From Candidatus Woesebacteria bacterium (lineage in GTDB: Bacteria > Patescibacteriota > Microgenomatia > UBA8517), in the NCBI GenBank assembly GCA_963716475.1, contig OY970314.1, forward strand, positions 74,479-138,478: a stretch of 64,000 bases of DNA, written 5' to 3'. Numbering within the stretch: position 1 is the stretch's first letter; every line of letters starts with the position of its first letter. The notes beneath the pieces were generated by a model. That model saw nothing but the letters and a program-made list of their open reading frames with translations. It did not search any database and was not told the origin of the DNA. Shown here piece after piece: positions 43,814 to 52,790 of this stretch. The position numbers were made by a program, and so were the translations under genes.

Positions 43814-45154
43814 ATGAAAGAAAATATTCCCAAGGAGGAGGAGAAAATTTCAGCCATCAGGGCGGCCAGGGTGTCTGAAAAAATCCGTCAGGCAAAACTT
43901 GGCCTTTTGGCAAGGAGGGCCTGGTGGAGTGACGGTCCTCTCGAAGATGCTGTACTTCTTCTGGTTTTATTCTTAAATTTTTATCTGATCTTTCCTTTGA
44001 TTGGGAAGGAAGCTCCGATTGTCACTTTTTCGGGACCTGTTATCCCGGTTCTTACAAATTTACTTTCTTCACTAATTAATAGCCCGTTTTATTATTCTCT
44101 TCAGATAGTATATATAGTGTTTTTTCTGGCTTTTCCGGTTACTTTTTATTTCTTGATTAAAAAATTGACAAACCGGAAGCTAATTGCTTTTTTTGCATGT
44201 CTTTTTTCCACTATTCCCATATACATGTTGGGTAGAACCAGACTGATGTCGATGTTTTTCGGTCAGGACGGGCCGCACGTGGTTTCACTTACAGTGATAC
44301 CTGTTGCCTTATACTTCTTGATTATCTATTTGAAAGAAGGATCCATAAAAGACCTGATTTACGCCGGCTTGAGCGCTGCCCTTGTAGCTTTGATTTCCCC
44401 TTTCGGGTTTTTAAATTATCTTATATTTGCCGGAATATTTACTTTTTCCGAAATCTTGCTGGGCCAGGGGAGGACAAAAATACTGAAATTCCTTCTTATC
44501 CTTGTGACTGCAGGAGCTTTATCGGCCTTTTGGTATAATCCGTCATTTTTTATCTGGATGCTGACAGGCCCTATGGGAAGCGACATCAGATCTATGGTTT
44601 CCAAACTTTTACCCGTTTCCTTTTTTGCCATTCCGATTCTGGCAACATTCGGCTATCTTTTATTTGACCGTAAACCCAATTTGCAGCCTCTTTTTATTGT
44701 CAGTTTTTGCACAATAGCATTTTTTATTATTACCGTTGCCGGCGGGAACCTTGTTCCTTCAAGCCCGGCAAGATACCGGACGGAATTGGGGATTACCGTT
44801 TCTTTCTTGGCGGCATTTCTATTTGTTTCTTTAATTGAACTTTTTAAGTTTCGGGTTATTAAAGTAAACCTTACCGGAAAAGTTTGGGATTTTTTGTCGA
44901 ATTTGGTAGTTCCGGCCTTGGGGGTAGCATTCCTTGTTACCGGGATTTTAATTCGTGACGTAATGATCTACGACAGCACGGATGTACTCGGGATTTGGAC
45001 GGAGATTCCAAAAGGAAGTGTCTGGGTAGCCAGAGATAATTTTATGGGCTACCACGCGTATATAGGTTATTCAATAACTGCGATAGCGTTAGGAGCTTTG
45101 ATTTACTTAGCCGTTAAAGGCAACTCTGTAGCTAAAATAAAAACAATTGTCTAA
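43814..45154 (+). CDS. Polytopic membrane protein, GT-C-like (paralogue of 13846-15228)
   Basis: 446 aa with more than 10 hydrophobic segments. The ATG abuts the upstream stop. It shares the 'GPVIPVL' block with ORF 13846. Confidence 0.5.
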   Translation: MKENIPKEEEKISAIRAARVSEKIRQAKLGLLARRAWWSDGPLEDAVLLLVLFLNFYLIFPLIGKEAPIVTFSGPVIPVLTNLLSSLINSPFYYSLQIVYIVFFLAFPVTFYFLIKKLTNRKLIAFFACLFSTIPIYMLGRTRLMSMFFGQDGPHVVSLTVIPVALYFLIIYLKEGSIKDLIYAGLSAALVALISPFGFLNYLIFAGIFTFSEILLGQGRTKILKFLLILVTAGALSAFWYNPSFFIWMLTGPMGSDIRSMVSKLLPVSFFAIPILATFGYLLFDRKPNLQPLFIVSFCTIAFFIITVAGGNLVPSSPARYRTELGITVSFLAAFLFVSLIELFKFRVIKVNLTGKVWDFLSNLVVPALGVAFLVTGILIRDVMIYDSTDVLGIWTEIPKGSVWVARDNFMGYHAYIGYSITAIALGALIYLAVKGNSVAKIKTIV

Positions 45155-46153
45155 ATGAAAAAAGCATTAGTTACTGGAGGGGCAGGCTTCATAGGAACGA
45201 ATCTGGTTTTGAAACTCCTGGAAAACGGTTGGAAAGTTACAGTTTTGGACAACCTTTCCAGAAAAGGAACAAAATTTAATCTTGATTTAATAAGGAAAAG
45301 TGCAGGAAAAGGTTTCCTGGAATTATTAATTAGAGATATCAGAGAGAAAAATATTTTTGACAACCTTATTAATACAGATGCCATCTTTCACCTGGCCGGG
45401 CAAACTGCAGTGACCACTTCAGTAATAAACCCGTCGGAGGATCTGGACATTAATTTATTTGGAACATTCAATCTACTGGAGAGCATGAGAAAGAAAAAAA
45501 GCAGGTCAGTTCTTATTTATGCATCAACGAATAAAGTTTACGGGTCGCTCTCTTATCTAAGTCGCACGAAATTAATGGATGGTGTCTCTGAGGAAACTAA
45601 TCTGGATTTCCATTCTCCTTACGGTTGTTCAAAAGGATCAGCGGAAAGTTATATCCGTGACTACGCGAGAATTTATGATATCAATAGTGTCGTTTTCCGG
45701 CAGTCTTGTATTTACGGAACTCATCAAATGGGAGTTGAGGATCAGGGTTGGGTGGCCCATCTGGGAGCGAGGGCGATTTTGGGCAAAACTATAAATATTT
45801 ACGGCAGCGGGGGTCAAGTTCGCGATCTTCTTTATGTAGACGATTTAGTTGATTTATACCTTTTATCTGTTCGGAGTCAAGATAAGGTTAAGGGTAAAGT
45901 GTTTAATGTTGGGGGAGGACGACAAAATGCAATTTCAGTTTTAGAGTATATAGATTTTTTGTCGTATTATTTGAAGAAAGACATTAAAACGTCCAAAAAT
46001 GATACTCGGCCTGGGGACCAGGAAGTTTTTATCTCCGACAACTCTTTAGTCAAACGGGTACTTGATTGGCAACCTAAAGTCGGTTATAAGATAGGTCTTG
46101 TAAGGATGCTTTCATGGATAAAGGAAAATCAACAAATCTTCAAAAACCTTTGA
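45155..46153 (+). CDS. NAD-dependent sugar-nucleotide epimerase/dehydratase (extended SDR)
   Basis: 'VTGGAGFIGTNLV' Rossmann motif and 'YGCSKGSAE' (YxxxK). 332 aa. Confidence 0.85.
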   Translation: MKKALVTGGAGFIGTNLVLKLLENGWKVTVLDNLSRKGTKFNLDLIRKSAGKGFLELLIRDIREKNIFDNLINTDAIFHLAGQTAVTTSVINPSEDLDINLFGTFNLLESMRKKKSRSVLIYASTNKVYGSLSYLSRTKLMDGVSEETNLDFHSPYGCSKGSAESYIRDYARIYDINSVVFRQSCIYGTHQMGVEDQGWVAHLGARAILGKTINIYGSGGQVRDLLYVDDLVDLYLLSVRSQDKVKGKVFNVGGGRQNAISVLEYIDFLSYYLKKDIKTSKNDTRPGDQEVFISDNSLVKRVLDWQPKVGYKIGLVRMLSWIKENQQIFKNL

Positions 46154-47379
46154 AAGTAGTATTTATTCATTGCGGTTTTATTTATTCGGGAGGCGGTGAA
46201 AGAATCGTTCTTGAGGAAGCAAAAGGTCTTGCCCAAAGGGGTTATAAAGTTGAAGTTTATGCGCCAACCGTTGATTACAAAAAATGTTTTCCTGAGTTTC
46301 TGAAAGAGCTGAATGTCAAAATGCTCCTCCCCAGTTTTACAGAACGTCTTCCTTATCGAAATGCTATTCGTATGGTTGCTTCGAGTTTTTTGGCTCCGTT
46401 TCTTGCACTTTGGTTTAGGGATGCGGACATTTTAATTGGTGCAAATCAACCCGGAATTTGGATTGCTTTTTGTGCCGCCAAAATACTTGGCAAACCTTAT
46501 ATAGCATATTTGAATCAACCCAATAGGGTGATTTATCCGAGACCCGTTGATATTGAATATGGCTGGTACACAACCAATAAAGACTACCACATTCTTTATA
46601 GAATTTTGAAGATCGGAGGGACTTTCTTAAGATTTCTTGACCGGGAGTCAATTTCTCAAGCGGATAGTGTTTTAACAAATGGAGGTTATATCGGTTCAAT
46701 TATTCAAAATGTATATTCTGTTAAGACTATAGACGATCCTGCCGGTTCACATTTTCAACCAATCAAAAATATTAGCGGCAAAAAGGGTCAGACATACAAA
46801 GGTTCCTTAAGAATTTCGGGGACGATAATTAATAAACCATATCTTTTAATAACCAACAGGCATGATCCTCAAAAGAGATTCGATTATGTGATTAATGCGT
46901 TTGCTTATGTATTAAAAAAGAATCCAAAAGTAGAGCTTGTGATCCCCGGGCCGTTTACCGAACACACAGCGACACTTATTAGATTAGTCAAAAAGTTGGG
47001 TATAAGCGGAAAAGTTCATTTTACGAAGGGGATTACCGAAAATGATCTACAAAAACTTTATAAAAACGCGTGCGTTTATTGTTATCCGTCTCCACAGGAA
47101 GATTTTGGTCTTGGTCCTTTGGAGGCAGGAGGCTGGGGGGTTCCTACTGTTGCCTGGAATCATGCGGGCCCGACAGTCACAGTAGATAACGGTAAAACAG
47201 GGTATCTGGCTAAGCCTTTCGAAATTGAAGATTATGCGAAGCAGATACAAAAAATTTTGGAGAACAAAAATTTACGGTTAAAACTCGGGGTATTGGCTTG
47301 GCAAAGAACCAAAAATATTTTTTCCTGGGACAGGCACATAGATGTCCTTGAAAAGGAGATAAGGAAGAATATACCATAG
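46114..47379 (+). CDS. GT4-family (GT-B) glycosyltransferase
   Basis: C-terminal 'EDFGLGPLEAGGWGVPTVAWNHAGP' (E-x7-E type). ATG 46114 overlaps the upstream gene by 40 nt. An in-frame TTG at 46150 (a TTGA overlap with the upstream stop) is an alternative start. Confidence 0.78.
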   Translation: MDKGKSTNLQKPLKVVFIHCGFIYSGGGERIVLEEAKGLAQRGYKVEVYAPTVDYKKCFPEFLKELNVKMLLPSFTERLPYRNAIRMVASSFLAPFLALWFRDADILIGANQPGIWIAFCAAKILGKPYIAYLNQPNRVIYPRPVDIEYGWYTTNKDYHILYRILKIGGTFLRFLDRESISQADSVLTNGGYIGSIIQNVYSVKTIDDPAGSHFQPIKNISGKKGQTYKGSLRISGTIINKPYLLITNRHDPQKRFDYVINAFAYVLKKNPKVELVIPGPFTEHTATLIRLVKKLGISGKVHFTKGITENDLQKLYKNACVYCYPSPQEDFGLGPLEAGGWGVPTVAWNHAGPTVTVDNGKTGYLAKPFEIEDYAKQIQKILENKNLRLKLGVLAWQRTKNIFSWDRHIDVLEKEIRKNIP

Positions 47380-47384
47380 ATGGT

Positions 47385-48995
47385 ATGTTTGGGAACCTTT
47401 TCGATAAGATTTTGGGTGGTGAGGAGAATGTTGTTGAAGAGATCAAAAGCGAGGTAGTTGAACAAAAAAGCAATTTGAGTCCTGCCAAGATAAAAAATTT
47501 TCTAAAAAACTCCTGGCAACCACTTCTTGTATTCTTGATAGCTTTAGCTCCAAGACTAATTTTTCTTTTTACACATGACCCGCAAAATGCCGGTATGGAT
47601 TGGTATGGCGATGTCTACCATCATTGGCAAATTGCTTATCTTTCCGGAAAAATAGGGTTTGGCGTTTCCTTTTTGAGACTGTGGGACTTGAAAGGCTTGG
47701 AGTTTTTTTGGGGATTGGGACATCCTTTAGTTTTAAATATACTTTTTTGGTTAACAGGAAGTGTAAGTATAATAATTCCAAGACTTTTATCCGTGGTTTG
47801 CGGCTCACTTGTAGTTTCTTTCATTTTTGTTTTGGTGAAACGCTACTTTAGTCTGCCAACCGCCATTCTGGTTGCTGCCTGGGCGGCATTTTTCTCTGTA
47901 GCTTTATTCTCAGACACTTTGGGCATGCAGGAACAGTTGGGTCTTGTTGCGCTTCTCGGAGGAATAATTGCCTGGCCGGCTGCCCCGTTAGCCACTGGTT
48001 TAGCTTGGTTTTTTGCTTCTACCGTCCGTTCGGAATACTGGCTTTTTGCTTTAGGGCTTTTTCTAGTTGCATTGCTAAGGCACGAAGATAAAGGTTCCGG
48101 AAAGAAGGCCGTTTTAGCCTTGGCTTACCTCCTGCCGATAATTTTTTACATGAAGTACTTATTACAATATACAGGCAACGCCATTTTTCCTATCTACTGG
48201 AATTTTCTGGCATCGGTTATCGGTAAATGGTTTACGAATGTTGACACTCCTTTTACAGCAGAGCAAGTTACGGCAAGACTTATCGGCAAGGGAATATTTG
48301 CCTTAGGTTTTATCGGAACTGTCGTAACTTTCTTTAAAAAACCAAAGGCCAACCTGCTATTTTTAGCTGGGTTTTTAAATATCACTTTTGTAGGTTTTAT
48401 TTTTGGATTTGCTGCCTATACTCATGGATTTTTTGACCGCTTTTGGGTGGACAGACTGTTTGCTTATCCATACGTTTTTGCTGGGATGACGGTTCTTATT
48501 GCTGTTTGCGAATGGCTGCCGAAACTTCTTAAAACCGGTAAAAAAGCTTTCATCGGGATCGGAGTTGTGGTTTTGTTGGTTATTTTGGGTGTGGGACAGC
48601 TGGCATGGGTGAAAATTGATAAATACTGGGCAATAGCACAGGGTCCTTATAAAAATGAATTGGCTGTAGGGGAGTTCTTGGGCAAAAATATCGGCTCCGA
48701 CGGAAAAGTACTTTTCCCGGCGGATCGTCCTGTTTTGACGTATGTTTTGGTATATGACCATAAATTTGACGGGGCAAGAATTGTATCTCAAATGTACGAC
48801 CCTTATTACTATGCAAACGGAGAGGATAAATCGATAATCGAGGAAAAGTTTTTAACTTGGCTTAAGAAGGAAAATATTAAATATATTGTCTATACGAACA
48901 GGGTAGAATACCTGGAGGTGTTTGCCAAATACCCTGGTGAATTTAAGAATATGGGCGATAGTCTCGGAACCTCCCTATATGAAGTTTTTCAATAG
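47385..48995 (+). CDS. Polytopic membrane protein, GT-C (ArnT/PMT-like) architecture
   Basis: 536 aa with about 12 hydrophobic segments and a C-terminal soluble tail. The family assignment is unverified. Confidence 0.5.
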   Translation: MFGNLFDKILGGEENVVEEIKSEVVEQKSNLSPAKIKNFLKNSWQPLLVFLIALAPRLIFLFTHDPQNAGMDWYGDVYHHWQIAYLSGKIGFGVSFLRLWDLKGLEFFWGLGHPLVLNILFWLTGSVSIIIPRLLSVVCGSLVVSFIFVLVKRYFSLPTAILVAAWAAFFSVALFSDTLGMQEQLGLVALLGGIIAWPAAPLATGLAWFFASTVRSEYWLFALGLFLVALLRHEDKGSGKKAVLALAYLLPIIFYMKYLLQYTGNAIFPIYWNFLASVIGKWFTNVDTPFTAEQVTARLIGKGIFALGFIGTVVTFFKKPKANLLFLAGFLNITFVGFIFGFAAYTHGFFDRFWVDRLFAYPYVFAGMTVLIAVCEWLPKLLKTGKKAFIGIGVVVLLVILGVGQLAWVKIDKYWAIAQGPYKNELAVGEFLGKNIGSDGKVLFPADRPVLTYVLVYDHKFDGARIVSQMYDPYYYANGEDKSIIEEKFLTWLKKENIKYIVYTNRVEYLEVFAKYPGEFKNMGDSLGTSLYEVFQ

Positions 48996-49794
48996 CCACG
49001 AAGTTTTTTATCCCTGGCCAAAGGCTCTCAGGGCAAGCGGTTTTAAATATCTTTTTAGACCCAGGGAGGTTTTTTGGTTGGAAAACCTTATACAACTTGG
49101 TTCCCAAAAAGGGCAGAAAGCGTTGGAGGTAGGTTGCGGCCGGGGGGTAACCTTGGATCGGCTTAAGAAGGAATTTGGACTGGATACTTTTGGAGTGGAT
49201 ATTGCGGATGAGGCAATAACTGATGCCAAAAAAGAGTGTTTATTTAAACATGATTTGAGAGTGGGAAGTGCTACCAAACTGCCCTTTGAAGACGATTTTT
49301 TTGATTTGGTTGTGACTTTTGATGTTTTAGAACACATAGAAGATCAAAAGAAAGCAATATCGGAAATGGCCAGGGTAGTTAAAAAAGGGGGAAAGATTCT
49401 TATCTATACTATCAATAAGAACCAAACGGGAACCTGGAATTGGTTGCTCGATAAACTGGGGATAGATGTTTACAAACGATCGGATCATGACCCGAATCTT
49501 TTTTTGGACTCTAAATGGCTTGAAAGAGAATTGACCGGCTGCGGAATTAAGTTGGAAGAAGTTTCCTACTATGATGCTTTTTGGACCCTAGCTGCCAATG
49601 AGATTATTACGGTGTGCTTTATGCTATTCGGCCGAATATTTAATTGGGAAAAAAGCGCTGATTTTGGTAAGATGAAGTTAGGTTTTGCTACCTTATTTTC
49701 GAGATTTGTCGGTTTGATTTTGCGGATTTTGGATTTACCTTGGACAATATTCGGAAAATCTAATGCAGTTTTGGTTTGGGGTTATAAAGAATGA
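48979..49794 (+). CDS. Class I SAM-dependent methyltransferase
   Basis: 'ALEVGCGRGVTL' (motif I) and 'FDLVVTFDVLEHI'. I prefer the internal ATG 48979 to 48922 because it minimises overlap. Confidence 0.75.
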   Translation: MKFFNSHEVFYPWPKALRASGFKYLFRPREVFWLENLIQLGSQKGQKALEVGCGRGVTLDRLKKEFGLDTFGVDIADEAITDAKKECLFKHDLRVGSATKLPFEDDFFDLVVTFDVLEHIEDQKKAISEMARVVKKGGKILIYTINKNQTGTWNWLLDKLGIDVYKRSDHDPNLFLDSKWLERELTGCGIKLEEVSYYDAFWTLAANEIITVCFMLFGRIFNWEKSADFGKMKLGFATLFSRFVGLILRILDLPWTIFGKSNAVLVWGYKE

Positions 49795-52790
49795 ATAAAG
49801 CTTTTCGGATCATTAAGTATTTAATTGAATTTGGGTTTTTGCTTCTCTGTTTTGGAGTTACCCTTTATGTAACCTATTACTTTGGCTGGATGCTTTTAGT
49901 CAAAGGGCCAATGTCTGGTAATGATATTGCTTCGGCCATGAATAATATTGTCTATTTGGAAAAATGGTTCCCTCCAATTCCCCAATGGAGTTATCTTGGA
50001 AGTGGGGGAATGCCGTTTTTACAAATTTACCCCATTGCTCCTTTTGTTCTGACTTTTTTTCTAGGAAAAGCTATGCATTTTGATGTGCTCCAGATATTTA
50101 AATTTGTTTGCTTCATGAGTTTGCCGTTGGCAGCAACAGGTGTGGCTGCTTTGGGTCGGGTTTTGACCAAAAGCTGGTGGGTAGGTCTTTTGGCCGGGGT
50201 AATCATGCTCATTTCACCGGATTCATGGCTATGGATCACCTACGGGGGATTTTATGCCGTAAATTTTTCCGTTCCGTTTTTTGCTTGGTCTTTAGTCTTT
50301 TTTTGTTTGGCTTTGGAAATGAAGAGTTTTTGGTGGTCGCTGGTTGCTGCTATTTTTTATGGAGTTACCTGGCTGGCACATCCCATGTCGGGAATGCTGG
50401 GCGCTGTGGTCATGGCGTTTTTGGGGATGGGGTACGGATTTAAGAATTATAATTGGAAATTATCCTGGAAATCGGTCTTACAAACAATGGGGATTGGTTT
50501 ACTGGGAATAGGTATTTTTGCCTGGTGGATTGTCCCGTTTTTAACCCGTGAGGATGTGGGTGGAATTTCTCTCGGTGCGGAACAAATGTTCAGAATGACC
50601 TTTTTGGAATTGGCCGGGCTTCAGCTGCCGGAATCGCTTATTTATAACACTTCCACCTTTTACGCCCTCTCTGCAATTATTTTATTTATTTTCGGGTCGG
50701 TTGTTGTATTTTTTAGAAGAAGTATCTTGAGGTGGGCGGTTTTGGCTTGTGGATTGGCAGTTTTTATAATGACGGCGCCCTATTATGCCCAGCCGATTGT
50801 TAAGATTTTCCAACTCTTTTGGGCGGCAACAAATGTGCGTTCAGGTCTGATTCTAAGAATACTGGGTCCGGTTGTGGGCGCATATGGTGCAGTTAGTGTT
50901 GTTAGGCCTTTGTTTTTTGCAGTGGAACATTTTGTTAAGGGGCTGAAAGAAAAAAGTTGGTGGTTCTATCTAACTGAAACTGTAGGAGGTGGGGTTGGAA
51001 TAATAATCTTTTTATTGCTGGTATTTAAAGGTCCGATAATTATCCCTCCCTGGCAGGGTGAAGGAGATAAAAGTTTGGCCTATTCAGGCTACGGACCTTT
51101 AAGAAACTGGTTTTTAACCGTTAGGAAGGATGGAACGCTTTGGGCTGTCTTAACTGATGAAAAAGGCAAAGAAACCATTAAACCTCTGTATAAAAATAGC
51201 CAGGAAATTATTTCAGATTTAACTCACCTGACTTCATTGGTTTTGAAGTCGGAAGAGTCCTATTGGGATCTGGTTCTTAGGGCCATGGTTGAAAAGAGTG
51301 GAGTAACAGAGAAGGACAGAATAGATTTTCCTCCGGGTTGGTCTATAGTTGGGGCGATCGGCAATTATTCCCAAGTCGGCACGGTACAGGCCTACATTGG
51401 CTCGAGCTTAATTCAGCCTATGATAGGCTGGCAGATTGATTGTGTTTTTTACAATAAACTTTGCGGTCCCAAACAAATCGCCGATATCTATAAGTGGTTT
51501 GGTGTGAGCCAAATTTGGATCGGGCAGGGCGATATTCAAAACCCGACGAATTATTTGGCCAGATTTTATAACCAGGATTTTTGTAAATGGGAAAAATTGA
51601 ATCTGGGCTCATTTAGCAAGGAGGAAGAGTCCTTGAATATTTGCCGTATGCCGGAAAATACTTTGGCCAGCATCACCAATAAACCCGCTATTTTGGTTAT
51701 TGGCGACAACCCCCCAAATAATGATGTTTTTGCCTCAGTTTTTAAAGACTTAACCAAAGTTGATTTCGGCTATCAAAACGCATGGAGTGTAAAAGGGAAA
51801 AGATTTATAGACGATTATCCGCTTGAGGAATTACAAAAATTTGAAGGCATATTCCTTTATGGCTATCAATATCACGATAAAACCAAAGCCTGGAATCTTT
51901 TGGATAAATATGTTTCGGGTGGCGGAAATCTATTTATAAATTCCGGATGGCAATATATGTCTCCGGATTGGGGTGCTGTAAAGAATGGAGTTTATCAAGA
52001 ATACCCCTTACCCAATCTGTTTCCTGTGAGTAAAACTACCTGGGGCCAGATTGAAAACGGTAAATGGAACCTAACTCTAGGTTCGCATCAGATTACACAA
52101 GGATTGGATACTACTGATTGGGGGGAGCCCTTATGGGAAGAGAAATATTGGGGTGTAGCCTACGCAAAGAAATCGGATTTAAGAAATGGGGCGACCAGTG
52201 TTCTGGAAAACAATGGGAAAGTATTGATGGCAGTAATGGACCATGGAAAAGGAAAAGTTGCCTGGACGGGTTTCGATTTTTGGGGACACTTGAACATTTA
52301 TCAAGCCGACAGTGAAAGGCAGTTGGTAAAGAATACTTTGACTTGGCTTTTGGGGAATAGCGGTACCGAGACAAAACTTGATTTTACAAGGGTCAGGCCT
52401 GAACTTATTAAGATTAAATTTACAGAATTATCGGGAGAAAATAAATTGATGTTTAAGGAAGTAGCCGATAATCACTGGTCGGCTAGTGCTACTTCTCAGA
52501 ACGGAAAGAAAATCTCTCTACCTATATATAAAGCCGGGCCGGGGTGGAAAATGGTCATAATTCCTTCCTCATTGGGTTCGGGTACTGTTACTTTTAGTTT
52601 TCATAAAAATATGATCCAAATTATTGGCATAATCATCTCGGCAATTAGTATTTGTTTGGTCGTTTTCCTGATTATCCTGAAATATAAAGGCAAGAATTTT
52701 GTTCAAGAAGTCAAGCAAAAGATTTCACTGATTTTTTCAAAAAAATTTAAGGATATCAAAAATAAATGGGAGGATGATACCGATGCGTAA
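49791..52790 (+). CDS. Large polytopic membrane protein with extracytoplasmic C-terminal domain and terminal TM (YfhO/GT-C-like architecture, unverified)
   Basis: 999 aa. The N-terminal ~420 aa are multi-TM, followed by a soluble region and a C-terminal TM. It shares 'GKGKVAWTGFDFW' with 'GKGKVVWSGANFF' in the next gene. ATGA overlap with the upstream stop. Confidence 0.55.
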   Translation: MNKAFRIIKYLIEFGFLLLCFGVTLYVTYYFGWMLLVKGPMSGNDIASAMNNIVYLEKWFPPIPQWSYLGSGGMPFLQIYPIAPFVLTFFLGKAMHFDVLQIFKFVCFMSLPLAATGVAALGRVLTKSWWVGLLAGVIMLISPDSWLWITYGGFYAVNFSVPFFAWSLVFFCLALEMKSFWWSLVAAIFYGVTWLAHPMSGMLGAVVMAFLGMGYGFKNYNWKLSWKSVLQTMGIGLLGIGIFAWWIVPFLTREDVGGISLGAEQMFRMTFLELAGLQLPESLIYNTSTFYALSAIILFIFGSVVVFFRRSILRWAVLACGLAVFIMTAPYYAQPIVKIFQLFWAATNVRSGLILRILGPVVGAYGAVSVVRPLFFAVEHFVKGLKEKSWWFYLTETVGGGVGIIIFLLLVFKGPIIIPPWQGEGDKSLAYSGYGPLRNWFLTVRKDGTLWAVLTDEKGKETIKPLYKNSQEIISDLTHLTSLVLKSEESYWDLVLRAMVEKSGVTEKDRIDFPPGWSIVGAIGNYSQVGTVQAYIGSSLIQPMIGWQIDCVFYNKLCGPKQIADIYKWFGVSQIWIGQGDIQNPTNYLARFYNQDFCKWEKLNLGSFSKEEESLNICRMPENTLASITNKPAILVIGDNPPNNDVFASVFKDLTKVDFGYQNAWSVKGKRFIDDYPLEELQKFEGIFLYGYQYHDKTKAWNLLDKYVSGGGNLFINSGWQYMSPDWGAVKNGVYQEYPLPNLFPVSKTTWGQIENGKWNLTLGSHQITQGLDTTDWGEPLWEEKYWGVAYAKKSDLRNGATSVLENNGKVLMAVMDHGKGKVAWTGFDFWGHLNIYQADSERQLVKNTLTWLLGNSGTETKLDFTRVRPELIKIKFTELSGENKLMFKEVADNHWSASATSQNGKKISLPIYKAGPGWKMVIIPSSLGSGTVTFSFHKNMIQIIGIIISAISICLVVFLIILKYKGKNFVQEVKQKISLIFSKKFKDIKNKWEDDTDA